A DNA stretch of 64,000 nt from Trypethelium eluteriae. Lineage: Eukaryota. A model generated the notes under the pieces. The model was not told the origin of the DNA. It saw only the letters and a program-made list of their open reading frames with translations, and made no database searches. Location of the stretch: contig JAVECL010000006.1 of the NCBI GenBank assembly GCA_051942245.1, forward strand, positions 62,001-126,000, written 5' to 3'. Positions 22,413 through 36,589 of the stretch are shown here, in pieces. Numbering within the stretch: the stretch's first letter is position 1; every line of letters begins with the position of its first letter. The translations under genes were made by a program, and so were the position numbers.

Positions 22413-24039
22413 ATCGTCGAGAGGTCGAGTCGCAGATCAGTGAGTTGTGAATAGGAGAAAATCCTCCCATATGTGGTTGTATTTCTGGAGCCTTACTGAT
22501 AGGTACGCTTAAGGTGAATAACCCCTCGTGATTGATGAATGTGATACCACGGGCTATACGGTAAGGTGTGTGGGCCAATGACACTGCAGAGATTCTGCCG
22601 CGGGTTGTTGCTTCAGGCGTCATCTCAGCATGAGTGATAGGCAATGGTTGCGCGCAAGCATACTCTATCTCATGCCACAATTTGCAAAAGGAAAGTCCGC
22701 GTCAGGGTCGCCTGTGCTGTTCGTGATACAAAAATCGTGCGAGCGCCAAGTCAGGAGATCTTAGAAGCGTTTGAGCGTCTTTCTAGTACTGAATAATGAG
22801 CCCAGATTAAAATATGTTTGTAGTCCTTTACACAGCTACGCTATCGCGTGAGCATTACCAGAAGGCAAGGCAGCTAATTCCCGGATCAGTGAAAATAATA
22901 CCGGGATGAGCCAATAGTAACAATCAAGCTACTCTACCAAGCTCATAAGCTATGAGTCTTTTACTGACTTCTTTCAATTGCTCTAGGGTCCGCGTTTGGA
23001 CCTCAAAAATTTTGCAGCCATGACCCAATGTATCATCAGAACAATTGCGCCAAGTTGCGTCCTGACAGCCCTCGACTTCCCGAACTTGGTAATTTCTCAT
23101 GTTTGTGCTCAAATAGTCTCGTCGTAAAAACCAGTCTTATCTCTTGAGCCAATTTTTTGAGAGAGATGAATCACATTTTTGGAGATGAGAAGCTGGCACA
23201 AACAAAGATGATCCTTGCTCTATGGTGTGCTCGCGCTCTCAATGCACGAAATATCAATGTTAGCAGCGACAAATAAATGCGCCTTGGTTGCTATTGCCTC
23301 GTGTTAGGTAGAGATCTGTAAGCTCTACTCTAGCTTTTGGTTGCAGAACCGAGTTTTCTAGGCTGATTGGCTGAAAAGTCAGCCTCGACAGGCACTAGCC
23401 TATCCAAGACGAACCCTTTCTTACGTTCTGCTTTGCAGGTTGACTGGAAAGTGACTCCTCGGGGTATCGTACTACGATAGGCAGTTTTGGAGTCTGGAAA
23501 GTCCTTCCCCTAACCCCTGATCACCATTCGTATGACCGAACAAATAAACATCCGTAAGTTTTTCGGCTTCAAAGGACCAATGATCACAGCATCGGCCATA
23601 CGCAGATGCCCATTCGGGAGATAGTGCATCAAGCCTTTCATGCTACTTGTCAATAAGATCATCTCGATATCAACAATGCTTTGCACGAGAATTTGGGCAG
23701 CGGGTGGGGAACTGGGATAATGAAACTCTTCATTCATCTGTTATAGCTAATCTTTTGGATGGTGTTTCAATAAATTAAGCACTCTTGTTAAAAATGTCAT
23801 TATCGAACGAATCGGGGCGGATAGTGTGCTCACAGCTATGAGAATGATTTTGAAGGATAGACGCTGCCTACAGAGTATCGCATGTCTTCATGTTATCCGG
23901 TGTTGAAGTACGAGAATAGCTTTCTAGGGCTACAACTCACATGGTTGTCGACTCACGCTACATTAGCCAAGATCCTCTTAATCACCTAGCTCTGTAATGG
24001 GTTCAGAAATTGCGACAAGCTGCTATTGACGAAGTCACT

Positions 24040-24733
24040 GCATTTGGCTATCCCCAATTTAAAATACTTCGAATACGTGTAACGTATATCTACCTGTGGA
24101 GTAGGTAGCAGTGGATCATGTTTCCCTTGGCAGAGCAGCAACCAGTGCACCAGGAACACGCAGTTGGATCTCAGCGGATACGGAATTTCTGGGTCTAGAT
24201 TCAGCCAAAAACCACATGAAGATGCGAGCGGTCTATATGCCTATCGCTCTTAGGTTCGGGCAGTAAACGTATATCTTGGTAGGCGCACTCCTCTGTACAC
24301 ATACTTCGCGTGGACAGATCAGCCTGGCTTCTTCCAAGCCGGCGAAGGCCCCCATCATGCTGCTCAAATATCTCCTCACATATGTCGACATTGCATGGCT
24401 TCGCAATGTCCTCCCATGTGCCATACGATTTGTACGGTTGGCTCCCTTTCGGAAAATCGTTGAAGGCAAGGTGCCTCCGTCTGGTTGCTCAAAATTATCA
24501 TCGAGTCACTAGACGCGGGTACTGATGAGCGTTTACGACGTTTAGTGTAGCTTGGCACCATGGCGCAGGGGTTATTGACGCCGAATCGCGGAGCGCAGGT
24601 GAAGGGTATACAAGGATTGCGTGTGGTTGATGCTAGAGTAGTATTTTTCCTAGCGCCAATCTCAGCTACACCGTAAGCCACTTTCTATGGCATTGCAGAC
24701 CTGGTCGTGGATCTAATTCATGAACATCGGTGA
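24040..24733 (+). pseudogene. GMC oxidoreductase C-terminal relic
   Basis: Fragments TSRGQISLAS..AP, IVEGKVPP, TDERL, VKGIQGLRVVDA, PISATP*ATFYGIADLVVDLI match the GMC_oxred_C layout but contain stops and frameshifts. No FAD-binding N-terminus was found. Confidence 0.65.
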
Positions 24734-26220
24734 ATTTCTGATCGGTGTAATGACGTCGAAGACGAAGATATGGCTGAATTTGTAGATTTGGAGAATAGAA
24801 TAAGTTATTGAAAGATCGAGGGGCTCGAAACTTTGAATGAGAAAGGAAACTGGATTGTCTCTTGCGCGTCGTCTTGTAGCTAACCTTTCGCTGAGTGTTG
24901 CTCGAATTGAAGCAGGTGGTGTCTATGAGACAGGCAATGGCAGGTGTAGTAAGTTGCCCGCACGTGCTATCATAGTCTGAGAAAACATTGATTTCTCACG
25001 CCTGATAACTCGATTCGCCCCAATACTCTGATGGGACACTCCAGATCAGTTCTTCAGTAATAGGAAAATCTGCTGGTGGTCTACTTCGGGTCGGACACTC
25101 GTCCTACGTCAACGGATTCTTGTCCTGGCTCATCAAGGGCCTATGTCAGATTGGCTTAAAGTAGCTAGTCAGAGGGTTCTTTGACTTTATCATACTAGGC
25201 TATCGATATATCAGCACAAACATGATGGTCGATCGCGGGCACAGTTCATCGGAGGTATCCTATCTTCGTGAAGCCTTGACAGAAACTATGAACCTTAAGA
25301 TCTAGAAGTCGACGCGAGCCAAGAAAGTTATATTCAATGGGATAGCTGCCAGAGGCGCGGCTAACGTAAAGCACGATCTCTTGATGTGCGCAGCAATCAA
25401 AGCTGTTGCGGCGCCATTCTTCAGCTAACGTCAGATCTGCAAGGCAACTTCAGTCCATGCTTACTTCGAACGGGAAGATTGGAATGCCACACATGCCGTG
25501 ATAGCTTTTTTAGCACCACACTATTTTCTCGGAAAAAGAAATGACTGCAGCCTGGTCAGGCCAGAGAGTTTCAGAGCACGACACATGATTGGAACAGTCA
25601 AAATCGATACGGCGTAATAGATCTTGAATAAGACCCTAGTAGCGTTAGCCATCTTACAGCCAAAGCAATCTTGCAGATGAAGATACGAATCCTTCGATTG
25701 AGCATTCCCCAGATTTTGCCATGCCCCGCAATGGTTCGTGCGGGGGTGGAGGAGCAATGGGAAGTTACCGAGGCTTGCTCCCTGCTCGTCCGGGCCGGAA
25801 AGCCCGGTGGATTACGGTACACAGCCGTCAACTTTGATGGCGGCTCAGCACGGTGCCTCCGATAGGAGTCAATTCTACCTCCACCCGCCCTGAAGCCAAG
25901 GCTCTACCGTCCTCTAAACCAAAGAAGGGGCGTTCATAGTCGATCCAGTGCCCTGCAGCCGGGACTTCACCTACTTCCCTTTCCAGCCATTACAGCGTCT
26001 AGAATCATGTGGCCTTGCATGGAGCAACGGAATCTAGACAGGCCTCCCCGGAGGAAGGCGCGACATTAGAGTTAGCCAATTCCCCTTGTATATCTCGTTG
26101 CTCTACCCGCGTCTTTTTGCGATCTTCCTCGCTAAGTCACCCAGAAATCGATACTCGTGGGCTGAAAGTGCAGACAATTCACTATTCGAGCCTTCGACAT
26201 CTGGTCGCTCTTCTGCCAGC

Positions 26221-28275
26221 ATGGCCACCATCGAAACAGGCTCTGAAAGTCCAACGTCCGTCAAAGAAAAGGAGGTTGAATTGGAACACGTCGAGCAAAT
26301 CAAGACTCGAGAGCGGGTTCCGGGACATGCAAATTACTACGAAAAGGATGGTCTGAGAACGTATGGAGATGATGAGGACCACGACCATGAACCCCCAGTG
26401 AGTCGAAATCTCTGCAGAAAACAGGACTTGATGCTGATTATATTGCTTTTCATCTCAGATGACGACAGCAAGAATCCTCTCCCTCATCGCCATGGCATTC
26501 CTTTGGACCGGCTCTCAGATTCCACTATATCTATTTGGTGGAGTGAGCTGCGACCTTCCCCAACAACAGACTGCACAATTCTGACCTGAGCGATAGATTC
26601 CTCCTTACATCTATCGCGACATCGGAGGAGTCGATCGGTGGGTTTGGTTCGTACTAGGCAATTTGCTTGCACTTGCCTCTGTATGCCCTTTCGTTGGAAG
26701 CTTGTCCGACCTGATAGGTCGACGATATGTTGCAATCGTAGGAGCGAGCTTTCTCATCCTGGGGAATATCATTTGCTCAACTGCACACACTATGAATGTT
26801 TTTATTGGTGAGAAATACCTCAGGTGCTAGACTCCTAAACAATCGAATGCTGAAAGAGAACAGGTGGCATGGTCTTTGCAGGCATAGGAGCTGGTATCAA
26901 TGAGCTTACTGCTCTGGCTGCCACCTCAGAGCTTGCACCCACTCGAAAGCGGGGAAAGTACGTTGCGGTCCTCGTCTTCACAATTATCCCCTACTGTCCA
27001 TCGGTCCTTTGGGGTCAACTTGTGGCCTCGCACTCGTCGTGGCGGTATATTGGGCTGTGGTGTGCTTTATGGGCCCTTGTTGGTCTAGTGATGGTTGTTT
27101 TTTTTTATTTTCCACCTCCCCGGGTCAACTCACAAGGCCTTTCTCGGAGTGAGATTCTCTCTCAGATTGATTATGTTGGGGGTTTCCTCAGCATATCCGG
27201 GTAGGTCCATTCAGCAATGAGACCTCAAATTAACTCTCCGAGTGCTAATCCAACATCACAGCATGCTCCTATTCATGATGGGTCTCCAGTGGGCTGGTTA
27301 CCAGTATAAGTGGTCCTCACCTCACGTACTCGTCACTCTGATTCTTGGTGTCGTCTTGCTCATCGCCTTCGTTCTCTGGGAAACATTCGGAGCGAAGCAT
27401 CCCATGTTTCCCCGGCGCTTACAGCAGGCGCCTCGTATTCTACTCCTTACTCTAGTTATAACCTTTATCAGCGGCGCCAACTTCTTCTCAGTGCTACTCT
27501 TCTGGCCTACGCAAGCCTTTAATGTTTACGGTCAAAACCCAGTGGGCGTCGGTGTACGGGGCATACCGATTGGCTTTTCTATCCTTGCCGGTGCCTGCAT
27601 TGTCCTCTGGCTCTTGTCAGTGTTCCGTGGACACAACCGGGAGCTCATGATCGTATCATGCATCTTCATGACCGCGGGCACAGGCGCAATGTCAGTCGCT
27701 ACACCAGACAATCTCAAAGTCCTCTGGATCATCCTCATCATTGCTGGCCTCGGTATTGGTGGAATTGTGGTGCCTGCGTCAATTATCACCACAATCATCT
27801 GTCCCGATGATCTTATAGCCACAGTTTCGGCACTGACGCTCTCGATTCGTGTTATTGGTGGCAGTATTGGCTATTGCGCATACTATAAGTTAGTTTCCAA
27901 GTCCCTCCATATACTGTTCTGACGGGAATACTGATTGATGATATCAGCGTTTTCATCCAAAAGTTTGTACCTTTGGTCACTTACTATGTCGGGGGCACCA
28001 TGGAAATGAAGCTAAACATTACCAATCCCGAGGTCATTAAAGAGGCCATAACGCTCACTGGGGCCTCACTGCTCGAAGAAATGAAAGCGCTCCCAGGACT
28101 GGAGAACCCTCTTGCCTGGGATGCTGTTGTGGCTGCAGGCCAGCTCGCTTACGCTGAAGCATACAAGTGGGTCTACTATGCAAGTATTGCCTTCGGGGGA
28201 GTCAGCATCATAGCAGCCTGCTTTCTCGGTGATATCACGCAATATATGGATGATCATGTTGCTGTTGTGATGTAG
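26221..28275 (+). CDS. MFS efflux transporter, Tri12/PEP5-like
   Basis: Multi-exon gene: YGDDEDHDHEPP|MTTARILSLIAMAFLWTGSQIPLYLFG|GIPPYIY..LSDLIGRRY..GINELTALAATSEL..YFPPPR..IDYVGG..CPDDLIAT..YMDDHVAVVM*. Confidence 0.9.
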
Positions 28276-28949
28276 AAAGAGGTTATTTACTACTTTGAGA
28301 ACGTGAGGATTTGCTCATTTCGTAGTGCTGTTTACGATATCGTCTATATCCATGATTCGTACGAAGCACTCCAATTTTATTAGTAAGAGCTAAAAACTCG
28401 TCAAACTCCTCTTCGCCAGAACGACCTCGCCGCGTCTGTCAGGCAACCAGCGCGCTCTGTAATACAACCTTTCCCCGCAGTAGCAAACAACCCTGTCCTA
28501 CTAACCACCCCTTCCTCCGTCAATATCCGTGCCTTGGAATACATGGGTGTCGGTTGCTTCATGTACTTGGAAACTTGATCACTCGAAAGCTGCAATCGTT
28601 CAGATGGTGCCAGCAACTCTGTTCCTTTCAGCAAAATACCTGTACCTCGTACATTCCAAACATCAGCCGGGAGACTGTCTGTAAGGGATTGTAGCACCCA
28701 TCATCCATTCGCGGTGGCTTCGATTCCAGCCTCTAGCTCAAGCGTGAGTCTCCATAGGACCGAGGATCACCTGCCATCACTCACAACGCTCAACCTTAGC
28801 TTAGACACAGTCCTAACATTGTTCCAAAGTGTATGCGGTGCGGTTGCAAAACAGCGAAGTTATCATTCATTTGCGTATGTCAAATTCCGGCTAGATATAC
28901 ATCAGCCACTTCTCACGTACTCTCTATTTCGTCGATCAGGATTGTCCCC

Positions 28950-29692
28950 ATGTCATCCTCCAGCTTCAACTTCAACGCTACAAATGGCAAAGTCACATCT
29001 CCGATCAAGCTTGCGCACATTGTGCTATACACAAACCAATTGGACAAAATGGAAAAATTCTACGTCGATTTTCTAGGAGGACATGTGGCGCACAAAGCCC
29101 CACATCAGATGAGTTTCATAACTTATGATGACGAACATCATCGCATTGCTCTGATTGAGGCGCCTAGCCTCAAGAGAAAGGATCACCATGCATGCGGTCT
29201 CCATGTACGTCTGAGGACTGCACTTTCCCGTCTCATATCCTCATTTTTTGAAGACGAGCAGTCGAGAAGTCATTTGGTTCAAGCTTGTTATCTCTCTTTA
29301 CTCTGAATTCTTCCGATTACTCACCTGTCTTACCTCCTTAGCACATTGCATTCACCTTCCCCACTCCACAAGCCCTGCTGCTCGCCTATCGTCAACGTCT
29401 CGTTCAGTACTCGATAAAGCCTTGGTGGTGCGTCAACCATGGACCCACGGTGTCGCTCTATTATCAGGATCCCGACGGCAATAGTATCGAAACGCAAGTC
29501 GACTGTTTTGAGAACAATGAAGATGCAACAGCATTCATGGAGGGAGAGAAGTTTCGCATCAATCCGATTGGAGTCGATTTTGACCCGGAAGATATGATCA
29601 AGAAGCTAGAAGCAGATGCAAATTGGGATGGATGGAGGAAAAGGGAAGACATAGGTGAAAGAGGTATTGATAGCGTGCTAATGCCTGCTTAG
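28950..29692 (+). CDS. VOC/glyoxalase-fold protein (biphenyl-2,3-diol dioxygenase III-like)
   Basis: SPIKLAHIVL, FITYDDEHHRIAL, GLH|HIAFTF (intron 29205..29341), CVNHGPTVSLYYQDPDGNSIETQVD, NPIGVDFDPE. Confidence 0.9.
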
Positions 29693-30834
29693 CGGTGAGA
29701 GCGAGAAGGGCTAGTTAGAATACCATACGAGGACTGGCTTTCTTCACAATGATGCCCAAAATGCATATTTTTCCCTACACGTGTTGAATTCGATACTTTT
29801 CGGAAAGTTCAAGTTTCGTAGTAATCGGGACGCTCTGTGTGAATTCAGCATGCGTGGCATTCTCGTCGGATTGGAGCAAGAACGGTGCCTTACATGACAG
29901 AAACCTCTGTCGATCGACAGGGATCTGGCCATACAAGATTGCGCCTCCATGGAATTGTTTCAGCTACAGAGAAGGTATGTCGTAGTTCATTCACGTCAAC
30001 GTCAAGGGGCACAGCTATGGTGCGCACGGAACCAGCCAGCCATGCCACCCGTGCCACCATACCGTATTTCCCTAGGTATGACATCATGAGGAGTTTACCT
30101 AAAATATGCCTCCCAACCTTGGTGGCCAGTTTCATTTTACCTTTTCTCTCAATCCGAAACTCACTTCAGAGCCAGTTTCACCTAAACTGTGCCTCGTTTC
30201 GATGCCTCGATCGTAATATGACGGAATTGGGTGATCGAGATCATTCGTCTGCAATCTTTCTTCATGTGAGTGTCGGTCTCACGCCGTACACATCTCATCC
30301 TGCAAAATGTGGCCGGGAGTCTCTGCGTCAGACTTGGATAGATTTTTGTGTATGTCTGTTCTCTTCCATAAGTATTATATTTTCTACGTTTCCCGCCTTC
30401 TTTTTGTACTCAGGTCCGAATTTTTACTGGTTAGGAAAGCACTTTTAAGACCCTAATATAACAGCTCTTATAGGCTTTAGCAAGTCATGAGTTCAAGCCA
30501 GAGTTGATCCGACAGCTGCTCCGTAATGTTGACTTGATAAATTGTAGTATGGTAAATCGAATCTGGCTGTAATCAACACGTTGTTGTTAGAGACTAATCT
30601 CAAAGGGGAATGTTTGTTGTCTACAGAGTACTGACTGTACTGACTAATTTATTCAGAATCGCCCGTCCGAATATTTGTGAAATTGTTCAGCATCTATGTA
30701 GTTACCGAAAAGCAACGAACAGACAGGTATTAACCGAACCTACCTAATTTCACCAAAACTGCCATAGCCACTAATAAACCGAGGAGACAAAGGAGATTAC
30801 GCCAAAACCCAAATCGAAATCCACTTTATTAAAG

Positions 30835-33102
30835 TCAAGACTCGACTTCGCCTGGTACCATTTCAGCATCAAGCTTCTCAAGATTCTGACGAATGTGTCT
30901 GAGAAAGTGACTGAAATTGGCTGGTGGTACGGCGTTTCCGATCTGCTTCCGCACTACTGAGTTCGGGACTTGGTCATCACTCCAATCATAGTTGGCAGGA
31001 AACGACTGAAGGATGGCAAATTCGAGAGTTGTGAGAGCTCGGTGACCATCAGGGTGTGGGACTGAATTACTGGTGGTGACGGTCCCAAATTGATCGTCAA
31101 GATCTTCTGGCAGCCCATCTCGCAGGCGCATGTTTTCCGGCCAGTGTAGAGGTCCGCGCGGGAGATTGCCAATCTTGGCCAAGAAATCCCGTTTAGTGAG
31201 CCAGCTTGGGAGACCATTGCCGCCGTGCTGATTGTGAGTTGGAGGGGGGAAGTCTATAAGTGGTTCGCCAGCGCTATAACTCCAGTTAATCTCGTGATCA
31301 AATAAGAACTGAGATACTAACCGTGTTCCAATCATGATTAAACGTCTACGTGATTGATACGAACCATAGTCTGCAAAACGAATATTTCTTGCGCGAACGT
31401 TGTACCCATTTGAAGTGAACATCCCTAGAAGGGCATGGTAATATGCCTTGTGCTTTGGTGAGGTGGTGATACCGAAAGTCTGTTCAATGGTCACAACCCT
31501 CGGTCTGATGGCTTCGATAAGATGATGGACGGAAAAAAGTGCAGCCCTATTGGCATCATCCTCATTGCTGGCCCACGTCTTGGCAGGAGAAAAAAACTGG
31601 CATGGCGGCGAGATGTGCAGGATATCAATCCGTGGCCACTTCCCATGGAATCGATGAATAAAGTGGTCGATCGATTCAATACAGATGTCGACAGTTGGGT
31701 GGTTCTTCATGTATGTGACTGCACAATGAGGATCTTGATCAACCGCCAGAACGACATCCAACCCAGCCATCCGTGTACTTTGGGACACGCCTCCACCACC
31801 ACAGAAGGCATCGCAGACAGTGTATCGTTTAGATTCGGAGGATCTCTGGCCGGTAGTGCTACTCACATTGTTGCTGAAAGGCGACCCGCTTTCTGATGGT
31901 TGAATGTTCGAATTCATGGTCTCCCTGATTACGGAAAGCTCAGGTTCCTCATCCACGTTGATAGCGTCTCCTGGGGTACTGCCCGCCTTGGACGAATGCT
32001 TAGGGTTTCCCGCTAGTCGTGCCGATTGATCCACGTACTGTTTAATGATATCTTGATCTCCACGCCCAGTGCTAAGACTTGCTCTCCTCCGCTGATTGGC
32101 CTTTCGCAGATCGCCTAAAGTGAGGAAGACGTCCTCAGATTGCCGGATAATCCTACAAATGTCTTGAGATAAACGTATCAAAACGCGTTCACTGAGCCAA
32201 TGAGGGCTACTGAAACAAAGATCCTGGCCAATATACGCCCATCTGCAGACCAAATTGTAGTTGTAGGAGATATTGTACCGATTCGCGCCCCTTGCTTGTT
32301 GCCTGAGCCGAAACGAGTGGGAGGGGAAATCTTCATTGGTGAGGCACAGTTCTCTCTTCTTAATCACAGTATCCAGAGGTCTCAAGACCATACTTTGCTC
32401 GAGTTCGCCTTGTTCAGTCGCAGGAGATGAGTCGAGCAGCATGCAGACTTCATTCGTTTTTCGTACGAAGGTTCCTTGCATATATTTTGTTCTTCGAAAC
32501 AGGATACCCTTCAGCAAGATCGTGCCTTCCGAGGACGGCTCTTGTAGGACTTCGTAGACTCGTAGAAAATCCCCCGATGGCAATTTCGATGGGTTGGTTG
32601 AGAGTCGATCACTATACTGGAGTTCAACGGTATCGCCAGGCACGATACGCTCGCCAAGGAAGCTCGTACATGAAGGCAAGATTTCGCGGACAGGAGACGA
32701 GGTACGCCTTGAGCTTCGGGCTCCAGACGAAGATCTAAGCACCGCCATTTTTGACCTTATGGGCTTTTGCCGAGCGTGGGTAGTCCCTGTAGTTGCTTGA
32801 AGTGAGGCATCAATCCCTACAAAAGTCAGTACGTTCCACTACTAAGCAGGAATTGACTTTGGACGTGGTGCTCCAAAAAAGTCCCTCGCCCCGTCCACAA
32901 AATGACGGATGCTCAGGCATAGTATTCGGATATAATATCCTAAACGCATTATAAGAGCTAGCTTACCAAGGGCAAGAGCATGGTCGTCCTCCTCGCACAC
33001 GGAGCTATCCTCGCACACAGAGCTTACATCGGCGTCGCTGGGCATAGGATCGTCATCATCGAGAATGATCATTTCTTCTGGGCGGCTGTAAATTGGTGCC
33101 AT
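30835..33102 (-). CDS. rid: RID/Masc1-family C5 cytosine methyltransferase (RIP-defective homolog)
   Basis: DAFCGGGG (motif I), DILHISPPCQFFSPA (IV), the RID-typical EQTFGI (VI), QSRRRLIMIG (VIII) and KQIGNAVPP (X). The N-terminal region has GDTVEL..GDFLRV..LKGILFRR..NEVC..LVCRW. There is an in-frame intron at 31274..31321. The 5' exons (32749-33102) are approximate. Confidence 0.9.
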
Positions 33103-34740
33103 CGACAGATTTGACCTGCGCTATTGGTCAGAATATCTCCAACGTGATTATAGAGGCACATGGAACCCAAACCCCACCGACTTGTTTCACTTCGCGTGCA
33201 GATGTGTCTCAAATGTAGCGCCAACCTTCGTGAATCGCCTTGCGGAAAATAAATCGGAGTCAGAAGTGAGTTATGTATAGTCAGGGTTGAACAAATAAAG
33301 TGCTCGCTGAAATTGTCCTCGAGCCCACTTGCTGTAAATAAAAGGACAAAGTGGTAGTAGGAAGATCAAAGAGGAAATAGAGAAGTGAGTGAATGCAACG
33401 AAGTCTCACCTTAATGACGTCAAAATAGATTTGGGGTCTGTATGACGCTTGAAGAAGGAAGCAGGAGGTGTATGTGAGAAGCGACGGTGTTGCGAGTGTA
33501 CATGTGAGCCATTAAAGCTAAGCGTAAACCCACCGGTGTTACTTCAGCCAATACCCCACTTAAAGACATAAGCTGTAGGAATATATCGCTTAAAGAAAGG
33601 ATAATAAAAAAGATGTCGAGCTTACAGCAAGGGCACTGCCTGCTGGCCGCGACTTGAACGATACAGCAATAATCCATGGCTCTGCGGTTTTATGATGGAT
33701 GTGACATTCCTGATGAGATCTTCTTTGCCTTTTCTGAAGGAATCAAGTCGTTTTACGCTATGTGGAGCCCGTAGCGTCGATGAAAATAAAAATCGCTGGT
33801 TTTGGTTACACGGAAAGAGCTCAGAGACCAAACTTACCAGATGCGCAGGACTGCAACAATGTATCATGTGAATTACCTGCCGCCAATGATGCGCATCGAC
33901 CCTTGGCCTTGCATGGATGAGAGATTTGATCATGCTTGTACATGAAGCGAGATGATAGTAAATAGTCTAAGCTCCTTGATATAATATGGCTAGAGTACCT
34001 TGCAGGACCGTACCGAAGGTCTTTGATAGTATGTCGCGATGGCATCGGGAGCGGCTGAATAAAAAAATGGGAACATAGAAGTCCTGAGAATTTTCAACAG
34101 TAAGAGCACAAGCAGTGCGTTCATGAATGGATGCACTGACGAGTAGAATGCGTAAATCGAGATGCTACCTTAGTGCCGATGGGCGTGAAGTTGGAACGTG
34201 TGGCTGCCGTGCTGACCCAGACAAAACTTTTGGAAAAGCCAAGAGATGAAAGCCCCACCAAACACACATCCAACACTACGGCTTAAGTAAAAGCTCTCGC
34301 AAACAGTTTCTCCACCATGGATCTACCCATTTCTTCTTCTCTCATTCTCCATTTGCCTTTGGGTAGGCCATCTCAATGTACGTCAGACCGAGTTGATAGC
34401 TACGATCCACTACAGTCCTATTTGAGTCTCATCCATCACTCTTAATACTTCCCCATGCAATGCTTCATCAGCTACCTCAAACCTCCCGGAGCTTAAGCAG
34501 CAGATTAGTCTATACGTTCGCGACCTGATTGCTTCACATTCTAGTACGTCTATCTCTCCTTATTCTAATCACTCATCTCTGGAGGATGAACTTTCCATAA
34601 ATTTAGATGTTAGACTTCCGAGTTGCCTTGGGGAAAAGAACATATTCTGACCCGTAATTCTTGTTATTTACAACATGGTGCCGACCCAAAATTGTTCAAC
34701 TGCTAACAGATCTGGTATCCTATAGCAAGAACTTCCTAAG

Positions 34741-36589
34741 ATGTGTGGTATCGTTGCATCCTTACAAGCCGATCGAGACGCCAACTCCGCTGCCGTCGAA
34801 ATCCACGATGCTCTCTATATCCTTCAGCGTGCGTCGCTCAGGAACCATATACCACGCTGAGTTTTGAAACTGATTGGGCTTAGATCGAGGTCAAGATGCA
34901 TGCGGAATAATGTCTTGCACTTCAAATGGACGAATCCATCAATGTAAAGGAAATGGCATGGCTTCTAAGGTTTTCCACGATGGGGCTAGGGTTATCGAGC
35001 TACCTGGTTTCATGGCTTTGGCACATCTTAGATATCCAACGAGCGGTAGTCGCAATGGAAACAATGCAGAGGCACAACCATTCTATGTCAATGCCCCCCA
35101 TGGTCTTGGATTCTCGCATAACGGAAACCTCGTCAATGCAGAAGAACTCAAACAATATCTCGATAAGGAAGCGCATCGACACATCAATACCGACAGCGAC
35201 AGTGAGCTAATGCTCAATATCTTCGCGAGCGAATTGGAAGAGACAAATAAAGCAAGGGTGAACGCGCAGGATTGCTTTGCTGCGTTAGAGAGAATGTACA
35301 AGAGATGCATTGGCGGTTGGGCTTGTGTTGCAATGATTGCAGGATATGGCATCATGGGATTTCGTGATTCACATGGAATTCGCCCTTTGGTCTTGGGATG
35401 GAAAGAGTCGCCGTCAGGTGCAGGCATGGACTATATGCTTGCATCTGAGAGTGTGGCCTTGGAAAGCTGCGGATACAAAAGCTTTAGGGATATCAAACCC
35501 GGTGAAGCCGTCATTATCCGCAAGGCTACCTACAAAGAGCCCCTTCAAGAGCCCATCTACCACCAAGTAGAAGTGCCGAAAGCATATGCTCCGGATATCT
35601 TCGAATACGTCTACTTTGCACGACCTTCCTCTACTATTGATGGTATATCTGTCTACCGAAGTCGTCAGGAAATGGGTTACAAGCTTGCAGAGCGTATTCG
35701 GTTACAAATTGGTCCCCAAAAGCTCAAAGAGATCGACGTCGTCATTCCCATCCCCGAAACATCCTTAATATCGGCCTATGCAGTGTCCAAGTCACTCAAG
35801 AAGCCCTACTGTCAGGCCTTTGAGAAGAATCGTTACATCTTCCGTACATTCATAATGCCAACTCAGAATCAACGACAAAAGGGTGTTCGTGCCAAGTTAA
35901 TTGCTATCCCATTGGAATTCCAGGACCGTAATGTCTTGCTCGTGGACGATAGCATTGTTCGTGGTACGACAAGTCGTGAGATCGTCTCAATGGCCCGGGA
36001 AGCAGGAGCTAAAAAGGTCTATTTCGCAAGCTGTGCGCCACCAATTACGCACGCCCATATTTACGGCATCGACCTAGCAACAAGTTCCGAGCTGATCGCA
36101 CATCATCGCTCTTCTGCTGACATTGCAAGGCATATCACCGCTGATGGGGTAATCTACCAACAACTTGATGACCTTGTCGCTGCCTGCGCAAGTCTATCTC
36201 CACGTGGACAAAATGATCAGAAATTTGAAGTCGGTGTCTTCTGCGGAAAATACGTGACTCCTGTCAGTGCCGGTTACTTTGCCCATCTTGAACAGATACG
36301 CGGGGAATCCAAGGTCATGAAAAAGATTCAAGATGCTCGTCAGGCTGTGATGCAAGGAATAACTGATGATGAAGTGCTCAAGCTGGCGTCAAATGGTGCT
36401 GTGGTGGATGAAGCTGGCAACATTATACCAGCAGGTGACGAAGGCAATACCGAGCAAAAAAAGGCTATTGGGAAGATGAATGGTTTAGACGAGACCGGAA
36501 GCACTAGGCAGCGTGTGGACAGCGATGCTCAAGTCCGCACGAGTCAGGATATTAGTCTGCATAATCTTAATGATTATGACAGGCCTTGA
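34741..36589 (+). CDS. ADE4: Amidophosphoribosyltransferase (PurF/Ade4)
   Basis: MCGI Ntn-amidotransferase start, LQH|RGQDACG (intron 34829..34883), [25 protein letters not shown], and the PRPP-binding motif [13 protein letters not shown]. Confidence 0.97.

Noticed and set aside
22700..24000. Possible gene relic between the 2OG oxygenase and the GMC relic
   Set aside because: Only short, stop-riddled frames with no motif I can assign.
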